A stretch of DNA of 64,000 bases from a virus. The position numbers and the translations under genes are program-made. Each line of letters starts with the position of its first letter. Position 1 is the stretch's first letter. Of the stretch, positions 28,811-36,927 are shown piece by piece. The stretch is from IMG/VR virus record IMGVR_UViG_3300022225_001767, one strand, 5' to 3'. The notes beneath the pieces were generated by a model that did no database searches, was not told the DNA's origin, and saw nothing but the letters and a program-made list of their open reading frames with translations.

Positions 28811-29089
28811 ATGAGACGTCTACATCACACGCTATTTATATCTTTATCAATGCTCGCATTGTCAGCCTGTCAATCTGTAGCCGATGACGTGAGAAACGAA
28901 GAGCCTACATGCAATAACATCCAGGCTCAATGCCTGATTGCTTGGGACCGTTACTTAAACCTAACTGAGTCAGCATATCAAACATGCATGTCCCACAGCG
29001 GTCGCTGCGAAGAGCTTGAAACATTATTAAGCCAAGGGCGAGAAAACATGGTGTCGCTGGTAGAAAGACGTACGCGTTCTGAGCAGTAA
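28811..29089 (+). CDS. Small lipoprotein
   Basis: Lipobox LSAC; paired Cys. Confidence 0.7.
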   Translation: MRRLHHTLFISLSMLALSACQSVADDVRNEEPTCNNIQAQCLIAWDRYLNLTESAYQTCMSHSGRCEELETLLSQGRENMVSLVERRTRSEQ

Positions 29090-29186
29090 CGTCGCGCTAG
29101 GCATAATCTTTAACAAAAACATTGCGGAATTCCGCGACTCTATTCTTCGAATGAGTCGTCGGAGGTTTAAATTAACTAGCATCAAT

Positions 29187-29214
29187 AAAAAAGGCCACCT
29201 GTGTGACCTTTTTT
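29187..29214. terminator. Bidirectional terminator
   Basis: AAAAAAGG-CCAC...GTGA-CCTTTTTT between convergent genes. Confidence 0.65.
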
Positions 29215-29234
29215 TATTTAGCCTTGGAGTAGCA

Positions 29235-32200
29235 TTAGAAGCTGCTACCACCACTTCCGCCACACACTCCAGTGCGGTTCGTATTAGGCACTAATGCCTT
29301 GAACACCCCATTAAAGCTACTTGACGTTGTGGTTTTATACGGCGTTGAGCTACGTTGTAGCACACGACCTGACTGGTACGTATCCCAATAGTAGTACTTC
29401 GTCACAATCGTCGTCTCGCTCCATGTGTATTCGTCAGAGCGATAGAAGCCAATCGGGTTACGCGCACAGAACTCAGCTTCCGTATATTTCGCTTCAGGTG
29501 ACACTAAGCGTCGTCTTACGTTAGCGCTAGATTGAGACTGTGTTGTTCTCGTTTCCGTACTCACAACACTATCCTGCTTTGTCCCCGAACGGCGTCGCGT
29601 TGGGTTCGTGACCACAGTGTCATACTGGTAAGTGACGTTCGTTGTCGGAGCACTGCCATCACTGTAGTTCGTCGTAGTGGTAATCGCACGCTTCCTATTC
29701 TCTGTACAGCGCTGCGTCTGCGTTTTCGTTTCAAACGTGTAATATGAAGACTGCGCAGGTGTCCATGATGTACATGAATAACCTGTACGCTGCCATGCAC
29801 CGGTTGACTGCTGCGTCGTTAGTGTACGACTTTGGGTGTAGCTTCGCGAACCATTCTTAGTTTGCGTATGCACCGTATTTCCGTTTATCTTATGCACATA
29901 CGTAACTTGTTGCGGTTGCGTACAAGAACGAGTCTGCGTACTACCTCCCGTCCAGCTTCCACAGGTTGGACTGCCAACATCCTGCCACCCATTGTGAGTT
30001 ACAGCAACCGTACGGCTTTGCGTCTGATCCCATGTCGTGTTCTCAGGGCGCGTTGTTAACGTGTTAGAACCGGCTTTATACGTCCACGTTCTTGTCACAT
30101 CACGCTTGTAAGGACGTGTCTGGGTGTAGTTTGCTGTCTGGTTACCGTACGCTGGCGTAAACGTTCCATGGCTGTGTGTTCTTACCGTTGACCAACCACT
30201 GACTGATACCGATATTGTTCGAGATTGCGTACTACCCACATTCTGCGTATCTGTTTCTGTGTTTCGATACGTGTTGCTGCTGTAATCCCACGTGTAGTAG
30301 GTCGCACGGGTGCGCTTCTGAGGTTGATTACAGCTACGCGTTTGCGTGAAGTTAGACGTTTGCGTGCTTGGCGCTGGTGAATAGCCGCCACAGCTGAGCG
30401 AACCGTTATTGCTCCATCCAGACCAGCTACCGTACGCAATACCTTTCATGCGATTGGTTCGGCTCTGGCTCTGGTTTGTGGTACGCGTGTCATCACGCGT
30501 ACTTAACGTGGTCGAGCCCACTTTGTATGTCCACGTACGCTTCTGATCTTGTTTGTAGGTGCGCGTCTGGGTGTAGCTTGATGTGCGCGTACCAGGCTCA
30601 GGTGTCCAACTTGAGAATGAGTGGTTTCTAACATAGGTCCACCCCCCTCCCGTTACATCAACCGTTCGCGACTGCGTACTGCTTACATTCTGCGTGCCTG
30701 TTTCCGTGTTACGGTACGTGTTGCTGCTGTAATCCCATGTGTAATAGGTCGCACGCGTACGCTTCTGTGGCTGACTACAGCTGCGTGTTTGTGTGAAGTC
30801 AGACGTTTGCGTGCTTGGCGCTGGTGAATAGCCACCACAGCTGAGTGAACCGTTATTACTCCAACCTGACCAACCACCGTAAGCAATGCCTTTCATGCTG
30901 TTAGTACGGCTTTGGTTCATATCTACAGTGCGAGTTTCATCGCGTGTATCAAGTGTCGTCGTGCCAGCTTTATATGTCCACGTACGCTTTTGATCTTGCT
31001 TATAGGTGCGAGATTGCGTGTAATTTGATGTGCGCGAACCAGGCTCAGGTGTCCAACCAGTAAAGGTATGATTTCTTACATAGCTCCAGCCGCCTACTGA
31101 CACAGCCACTGTTCGAGACTGCGTGCTGCCTACCGTTTGCGTGTCTGTTTCTGTGTTGCGATATGTGTTGTCGCTATAAGCCCAACCATAATACGTTGCT
31201 CGCGTGCGTTTTTGCGGTTGACCACAACTTCTTGTTTGGGTGAAGTTGGATGTTTGCGTGCTTGGTGCTGGTGAGTAATTTCCACAACTCAAAGAACCAT
31301 TGTTGCTCCAACCAGACCAATTGCCATAAACGATGCCTGTCATAGAGTTGGTTCTGTTTTGGCTTTTGTTGACAGTGCGCGTTTCATCACGGGTATCTAG
31401 CGTAGTTGACCCCACCTTATACGCCCAAGTGCGCTTCTGGTCTTGCTTGTAGGTGCGAGATTGCGTGTAATTTGATGTGCGCGTGCCAGGCTCCGGCGTG
31501 TACGCTGAGTACGTATGATTTCTTACAGCACTCCAACCACCTACTGTTACATCAACCGTTCGCGACTGCGTGCTGCTTACATTCTGCGTGTCTGTTTCCG
31601 TGTTACGATACGTGTTGCTGCTGTAATCCCATGTGTAATAGGTCGCGCGCGTACGTTTCTGCGGCTGACTACAGCTGCGTGTTTGTGTGAAGTCAGACGT
31701 TTGCGTGCTTGGCGCTGGTGAATAACCACCACAATCTAATGAGCCGTTGTTACTCCAACCTGACCAACCACCGTAAGCAATGCCTTTCATGCTGTTAGTA
31801 CGGTTTTGGCTTTGGTCTACAGTGCGCGTTTCATCACGTGTATCAATCGTGGTTGTTCCCACCTTATATGTCCACGTACGCTTTTGATCTTGCTTGTAGG
31901 TGCGAGATTGCGTGTAATTTGATGTGCGCGAACCAGGCTCTGGCGTCCATCCCGAGTACGTGTGGTCTTTCACAGCACTCCAACCACCGACTGATACGTC
32001 AACGGTGCGAGATTGCGTCGAACCATTAGTGCGTGTTTCAGCATCCTTTTCTTTGAAAGTATCGCTGCTGTGCGCCCACGTGTAAAAAATGTCTCTTTCG
32101 CGTTTTTGTGGTGTGCCGCAGCTTCGCGTTTGAGAAAAGTCAGCCGTTTGCGTCGATGGTGTTGGCCCCCAGTTTCCACATGAAATGGAACCGGTGTTAG

Positions 32201-35180
32201 TCCATCCACCCCATGAGCCTTCTTTCAGACCATTCATGGTGTTGGTGCGATTTTGCGTCCGATCAATCGTTCTAGACTCACTTCGCGTACTCAATGTTTC
32301 AGCGCCCGCTTTGTATGTCCATGTACGAGTCTGATCTGTCTTATACGTGCGAGATTGCGTATAGCTCGACGTGCGCGTGCCAGGCTCTGGCGTATAGGCT
32401 GAATACGTATGGTTACGCACATTTGACCAGTTGCCTGCTGCAACATCAACCGTGCGAGATTGTGTGCTTGGTACGCTTTGCGTACCTGTCTCGTTACTTC
32501 TAAATGTATTACTGCTATATGTCCACTTATAATACGTTGCGCGTGTGCGCTTTTGTGGCTGCTGGCAGCTTCGTGTTTGCGTGAAGTCCGCTGTTTGTGT
32601 ACTTGGCGCAGGTGAGTAACCGCCGCAATTTAATGCGCCGTCATTGCTCCATGAAGACCAGCTTCCGTAAGCAATGCCTTCCATCTTATTAGTTCGCGTC
32701 TGCGTCACAGGAACACGTTTCGTCTCTTCAAAAGAGGCAATCTCTGTCCCGCCTACACTGTAAACACGCTCACGCTTTTGAGGCTGCTGACAATCTCTTG
32801 ACTGCGTGTAATCAGCCGTTTTAGTGCCAGGTTCACCACCCCAAGCGTCACAGCTTTCAACTGAACCATAATTTACCCAGTTAGTATAGCTTACTTTAAC
32901 AGCACGTGACTGCGTTGAACCGTCAGTGCGCGTTTCCGTTTCAGTCTCTTTAAACGTATCTGAGCTGTGCGCCCATGTGTAAAAAGTGTCACGCTCACGC
33001 TTCTGAGGTGTACCACAATCTCTTGATTGCTGGTAGTTTGCTGTTTGCGAAGCAGGCTCAGGCCCCCATGCGCCGCAGCTAATAGGACCTGTGTTTGTCC
33101 AGCCACTCCACGCATCATTTTTAACGCCATTCATCGAATTGGTACGTGTTTCACTCTTGTCGAGTGTTCGCGTTTCTTGTCGAGTGCTTAGCGTTGTTGT
33201 ACCGTCAGCATAGCTCCATGTTCTTACCTCGTCTTGCTTGAATGTGCGCGACTGCGTGTAGCTTGATGTACGTGCACCGGGTGCTGGCGTCCATCCGCTG
33301 TACGTATTTTTATCCACTAGCGACCACGACGATGGTGTAACAGTTACCGTACGAGAATCCGTTCTTGATGCCGTACCCGTATCAGTCTGCGTTTCTTTAA
33401 AGGTGTTGTCACCGTAAGTCCAGCTGTAGTGGACGTCTCTGGTTCGCTCTTGTGGACGGGTGCATGTTCTTGATTGGCTAAAGTTGGCTGTTTGCGCGCC
33501 TACTGCTGGTGAGAATGTGCCGCAGGTTTCTGCACCACTGTCAGCAAAAGGTGACCATGCGCCATAAACAAGGCCATCCATCTTATTAAGACGAGATTGT
33601 GATACGCGAACCGTTTGCGATTCTTCTACGCGTTTCAGCTCACTGCCTGATGCAGCATAAATGCGTTCTCTTACTTGAAGTTGATCGCACTCTCTTGATT
33701 GTGTGTAGTCAGAGGTATTGCTGCCAGGCTCTGGCGACCATGCAGAACAATTTTGCACACCGTTCTTGTTTGTCCACGATGTCCAGTCTACGGTTACTGT
33801 ACGCGATTCCGTTGTCGGATCGGTTCGCGTTTCCGTTTCTTCAGCTTTAAACGTATTGTCACTGTGCGTCCACGTATAGAAAGTGTCACGCTTTCGCTCT
33901 TGAGCCGTGCCGCAGTCGCGCGTTTGTGTAAATGCGCTGGTTTGCGCATCAGGCGCAGCGCCCCATGCGCCACACACAGTGGCCGCAGTGTCAGTCCATG
34001 AAGACCAACTATCAGCTACGACACCTTCCATGACGTTTTTACGCGTCTGCGTTACATCAATATTTTTACTTTCTTTAACCGTGCTTAATGTCTCTCCACC
34101 CGCGGTGTAAATACGATCTCGCGTTTGAGGCTGTTCACAGCTTCGTGTCTGGTCATAACTGGCAACTCTTCCCTGAGGCTCTGTTCCCCACACACTACAA
34201 CTAACTACATCACCCTCGTTAGTCCATGGTGTAAATGTCACGCCTACCGTTCTGTTTTCCGTACGCGTCACTGTTTGCTCATGGGTTTCAGTTCGGTTGA
34301 GCGTTTCTTTACCTGACACCCATACATCGAAGAAGTCCTGTGTTCTCTCCTGATCGCGCGAACAATCTCTCTCCTGACCAAAATCAGCCAATTGCCCGCC
34401 GACAGACGGAGACCAAACGGCACAGTCATAATTTCCGGTTACATCTACCCATGGAGATGGCGTGTCTGGACGAATTCCGTCAATCTCATCACGCTGCCCA
34501 ATCTCTGGTCGCGTTTGCTCAACCGTTATGGTTTGTTCCTCACTGTCAATGCGCTTTGGTGTCTCAGCACCCGATGCCCATACATTGTAAACGTTTCTGC
34601 TTCGAGTCTGATCTTGCGAGCAATCGCGCGCTTGCGTGAAGGGTTCATAAAGTCTTACGTCTGATGTCGATGGATCCCACACAGAGCAGTCGTAAGGGGC
34701 ACCGCTATTAGACCACTCAGGCCATGCATCTGCACGCTCACCATCAATGAAGTCACGCGTACCAATATTATTTTGATAATCGCCAACAGAGATGGAACGG
34801 GTATCTTCGAAAGTGTCACCTAATTTTGTGCGTTGTGAAACAGGGTTGAAGAGAATAGGTGTCGCATTTCTTACTTGTGGCTGCTGGCACACACGCGACT
34901 GTTGAAAAGATTCACCCCAATCCTTTGTGTTTGGATCAGGTTGCCAACCCGAACAAGAGCTAAACCCACCTGAATTCACCCAAGGTGTGTAGTTGTAATT
35001 GATGACAATCCACTCAGGAACGTTCACTTTGTTTTCTATGTTCATTTTGAAGCGATAAATAGGTTTGTCATTACTCGCTTCTTGAGCAAAGGCATCTGCT
35101 GATAATGCCAGCCCCCCCGTAAGGGCGGAAAGTAACATAATCGCCGTATTCTTTTTCCTGACCGTGAATTGACTTTTCAT
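29235..35180 (-). CDS. Giant secreted repeat protein with thrombospondin-type-1-like repeats (putative adhesin)
   Basis: Signal peptide; about 149-aa units with WSGWS..C..TQTRSC..PQKRTR; Thr/Ser/Trp/Arg-rich. Confidence 0.85.
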   Translation of the reverse strand: MKSQFTVRKKNTAIMLLSALTGGLALSADAFAQEASNDKPIYRFKMNIENKVNVPEWIVINYNYTPWVNSGGFSSCSGWQPDPNTKDWGESFQQSRVCQQPQVRNATPILFNPVSQRTKLGDTFEDTRSISVGDYQNNIGTRDFIDGERADAWPEWSNSGAPYDCSVWDPSTSDVRLYEPFTQARDCSQDQTRSRNVYNVWASGAETPKRIDSEEQTITVEQTRPEIGQRDEIDGIRPDTPSPWVDVTGNYDCAVWSPSVGGQLADFGQERDCSRDQERTQDFFDVWVSGKETLNRTETHEQTVTRTENRTVGVTFTPWTNEGDVVSCSVWGTEPQGRVASYDQTRSCEQPQTRDRIYTAGGETLSTVKESKNIDVTQTRKNVMEGVVADSWSSWTDTAATVCGAWGAAPDAQTSAFTQTRDCGTAQERKRDTFYTWTHSDNTFKAEETETRTDPTTESRTVTVDWTSWTNKNGVQNCSAWSPEPGSNTSDYTQSRECDQLQVRERIYAASGSELKRVEESQTVRVSQSRLNKMDGLVYGAWSPFADSGAETCGTFSPAVGAQTANFSQSRTCTRPQERTRDVHYSWTYGDNTFKETQTDTGTASRTDSRTVTVTPSSWSLVDKNTYSGWTPAPGARTSSYTQSRTFKQDEVRTWSYADGTTTLSTRQETRTLDKSETRTNSMNGVKNDAWSGWTNTGPISCGAWGPEPASQTANYQQSRDCGTPQKRERDTFYTWAHSSDTFKETETETRTDGSTQSRAVKVSYTNWVNYGSVESCDAWGGEPGTKTADYTQSRDCQQPQKRERVYSVGGTEIASFEETKRVPVTQTRTNKMEGIAYGSWSSWSNDGALNCGGYSPAPSTQTADFTQTRSCQQPQKRTRATYYKWTYSSNTFRSNETGTQSVPSTQSRTVDVAAGNWSNVRNHTYSAYTPEPGTRTSSYTQSRTYKTDQTRTWTYKAGAETLSTRSESRTIDRTQNRTNTMNGLKEGSWGGWTNTGSISCGNWGPTPSTQTADFSQTRSCGTPQKRERDIFYTWAHSSDTFKEKDAETRTNGSTQSRTVDVSVGGWSAVKDHTYSGWTPEPGSRTSNYTQSRTYKQDQKRTWTYKVGTTTIDTRDETRTVDQSQNRTNSMKGIAYGGWSGWSNNGSLDCGGYSPAPSTQTSDFTQTRSCSQPQKRTRATYYTWDYSSNTYRNTETDTQNVSSTQSRTVDVTVGGWSAVRNHTYSAYTPEPGTRTSNYTQSRTYKQDQKRTWAYKVGSTTLDTRDETRTVNKSQNRTNSMTGIVYGNWSGWSNNGSLSCGNYSPAPSTQTSNFTQTRSCGQPQKRTRATYYGWAYSDNTYRNTETDTQTVGSTQSRTVAVSVGGWSYVRNHTFTGWTPEPGSRTSNYTQSRTYKQDQKRTWTYKAGTTTLDTRDETRTVDMNQSRTNSMKGIAYGGWSGWSNNGSLSCGGYSPAPSTQTSDFTQTRSCSQPQKRTRATYYTWDYSSNTYRNTETGTQNVSSTQSRTVDVTGGGWTYVRNHSFSSWTPEPGTRTSSYTQTRTYKQDQKRTWTYKVGSTTLSTRDDTRTTNQSQSRTNRMKGIAYGSWSGWSNNGSLSCGGYSPAPSTQTSNFTQTRSCNQPQKRTRATYYTWDYSSNTYRNTETDTQNVGSTQSRTISVSVSGWSTVRTHSHGTFTPAYGNQTANYTQTRPYKRDVTRTWTYKAGSNTLTTRPENTTWDQTQSRTVAVTHNGWQDVGSPTCGSWTGGSTQTRSCTQPQQVTYVHKINGNTVHTQTKNGSRSYTQSRTLTTQQSTGAWQRTGYSCTSWTPAQSSYYTFETKTQTQRCTENRKRAITTTTNYSDGSAPTTNVTYQYDTVVTNPTRRRSGTKQDSVVSTETRTTQSQSSANVRRRLVSPEAKYTEAEFCARNPIGFYRSDEYTWSETTIVTKYYYWDTYQSGRVLQRSSTPYKTTTSSSFNGVFKALVPNTNRTGVCGGSGGSSF
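30000..34800 (-). repeat. In-frame tandem repeats, period about 447-450 bp
   Basis: M[KTNED]G[IVL] unit starts recur at about 30450, 30895, 31340, 31790, 32235, 32680, 33135, 33580 and 34030. Confidence 0.85.
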
Positions 35181-35399
35181 AATTTTCTCTCTCTTGTTTA
35201 TTCGCCGCAGCAGCGCAACATAAGCAAACAGTTCAAAGTGTGTCTCTTTTTATCCACAGTAAGGTATCACTTTTCTGAAAAAACGACGGGATAAATGTGT
35301 TTTTTTTAAATATTTATACCTTTTTGTCGCTAATTCACCCATATAACAAATTGCTGTAAAAAATCTTGACACCTAAAGCGAAGTGTGAGAATCTTCTAA

Positions 35400-35546
35400 G
35401 CATAGATTTTATGAGCAGGTGCAACAGTGCCTGCCACAGCTCCGCCACCCCGACCTCTGTGATGTGTTGACGCTATTCACGCTAAAAAAATGGGGTGGCA
35501 CCCTCTCACTAGTGGTGGTGAACTGGCCGGCGAAAGCCGGCCTTTT
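35400..35546 (+). ncRNA. Candidate sRNA 2 carrying the anti-GTCAACAC seed
   Basis: TTGACA at 35366; 5' hairpin 35415-35434; stem GCCACCCC/GGGGTGGC 35444-35451/35492-35499; seed ATGTGTTGAC 35462-35471; terminator 35525-35546; no ORF. Confidence 0.65.
35525..35546 (+). terminator. Intrinsic terminator
   Basis: GGCCGGC-GAAA-GCCGGCC-TTTT; T-tract only on the + side. Confidence 0.8.
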
Positions 35547-35777
35547 ACTATCCAAATCAATACCAATCTAATTTCTTGCCCTCTCTAACGTTAACCTCAA
35601 CTTAACCACTTCAATCACACTTGTTGCATTTTTGTTTAATTTTATGTGTTATCTAAATTTTACTGTTGACTTTGTGTTCAGTTCTGGTATTATTTAAACC
35701 GTCAAACAAACAGCAAGCCAATAACGCTTGTTAAACATGAATATATTATTCACATCAACCACCACAGGATATACATT

Positions 35778-36818
35778 ATGAAGAAAACATCTCTATTTGC
35801 ATCTGTTGCCCTAGCTTGCGCGATGCCATTTGCAGCATCAGCTGAACTCTCACTAATGGGTTATAATGTTGCGGATGTACCAAGCAACACAACACTAAGT
35901 GAAGTCAATGAAACAACAAGTTACATCGGAGACGTCACTTACCTCACCGCCATTCAAAAAACTGACGACAATAGCACTTACAGCGTGTCTTTGTCTGTTG
36001 ATTTTGACGGTGCTTATAATGCCGCTGCACGATGTACCACACTATCTAACTCTCTGTTTGAAAGCTACGCTGAAGAATATTCTGCAACGCAAGGCGACGA
36101 CAGTTCGGCTCTTACTTTCACTGATGAATATGGCGCAACGTTACGCCTAGAAGACGGCTGTTATACCAGCAACACGCTCTCTTTGACACTAAGCTCTCCG
36201 ACTGAAATCAGTGCGCCTTTAGGCGATACAGAAGAAGCGCTGCTTTACATCATCACCACCGATGCCCCACTGTCTTCAGACGGCGACGTTGAGCAAGGTG
36301 AGCCTGAAGATGGCGACCATAAATATTACGGCCCCGGCCCAACGCCGGTTGACGTTGAAGCGACTGGATCGATTCGTCCTATTGGCAAGGTAACCCAAAA
36401 ACCTGCCAAAGAAGGCAACCACAAGTTCTACGGCCCGGGCCCTGTACAGCCTATCTACAAGACCGCTGAAGCAGGCATTAGTAAACTTCGTCCTGTTGGC
36501 AAGGTAACCCAAAAACCTGCTAAAGAAGGCAACCACAAGTTTTACGGCCCAGGTCCTGTACAACCTATCTACAAGACCGCTGAAGCAGGCATTAGTAAAC
36601 TTCGTCCTGTTGGCAAGGTAACCCAAAAACCTGCTAAAGAAGGCAATCATAAGCGCTTCGGTCCGGGCCCTGTACAGCCCATCTACAAGACCGCTGAAGC
36701 AGGTGTTAGCAGCTTGCGCCCTGTTGGCAAGGTAACCCAAAAACCTGCCAAAGAAGGCAACCACAAGTTCTACGGCCCGGGCCCTGTAAAACCAGTTAAC
36801 CCCTTTGGACTTCGCTAA
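35778..36818 (+). CDS. Secreted protein with acidic N-domain and basic 38-aa tandem repeats
   Basis: Signal peptide; unit RPVGKVTQKPAKEGNHKFYGPGPVQPIYKTAEAGISKL. Confidence 0.85.
   Translation: MKKTSLFASVALACAMPFAASAELSLMGYNVADVPSNTTLSEVNETTSYIGDVTYLTAIQKTDDNSTYSVSLSVDFDGAYNAAARCTTLSNSLFESYAEEYSATQGDDSSALTFTDEYGATLRLEDGCYTSNTLSLTLSSPTEISAPLGDTEEALLYIITTDAPLSSDGDVEQGEPEDGDHKYYGPGPTPVDVEATGSIRPIGKVTQKPAKEGNHKFYGPGPVQPIYKTAEAGISKLRPVGKVTQKPAKEGNHKFYGPGPVQPIYKTAEAGISKLRPVGKVTQKPAKEGNHKRFGPGPVQPIYKTAEAGVSSLRPVGKVTQKPAKEGNHKFYGPGPVKPVNPFGLR
36370..36790 (+). repeat. 114-bp in-frame tandem repeat (about 3.7 copies)
   Basis: GGCAAGGTAACCCAAAAACCTG recurs every 114 bp. Confidence 0.9.
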
Positions 36819-36838
36819 TATTTAGTTAATCCAACACA

Positions 36839-36866
36839 AAAAAAAGGCGCGCTTCGCGCCTTTTTT
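36839..36866. terminator. Intrinsic terminator
   Basis: AAAAAAAGGCGCG-CTT-CGCGCCTTTTTT. Confidence 0.85.
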
Positions 36867-36867
36867 A

Positions 36868-36910
36868 TTGATTTCTCACCCCTGTTTTGAGATAATAACC
36901 ATGTCAACAC
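36868..36910 (+). promoter_or_regulatory. sigma70 promoter with GTCAACAC leader motif
   Basis: TTGATT-17-GATAAT-6-GTCAACAC(36903-36910). Confidence 0.7.
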
Positions 36911-36927
36911 AACAGGGTAAAACCACA

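Noticed and set aside
30000-34800. Long repeats as a CRISPR array or DGR template/variable repeats
   Set aside because: Coding tandem repeats; no reverse transcriptase and no adenine-specific differences evident
36370-36790. 114-bp repeats as a CRISPR array
   Set aside because: No unique spacers; the units are in frame within a signal-peptide protein and differ mostly at synonymous sites
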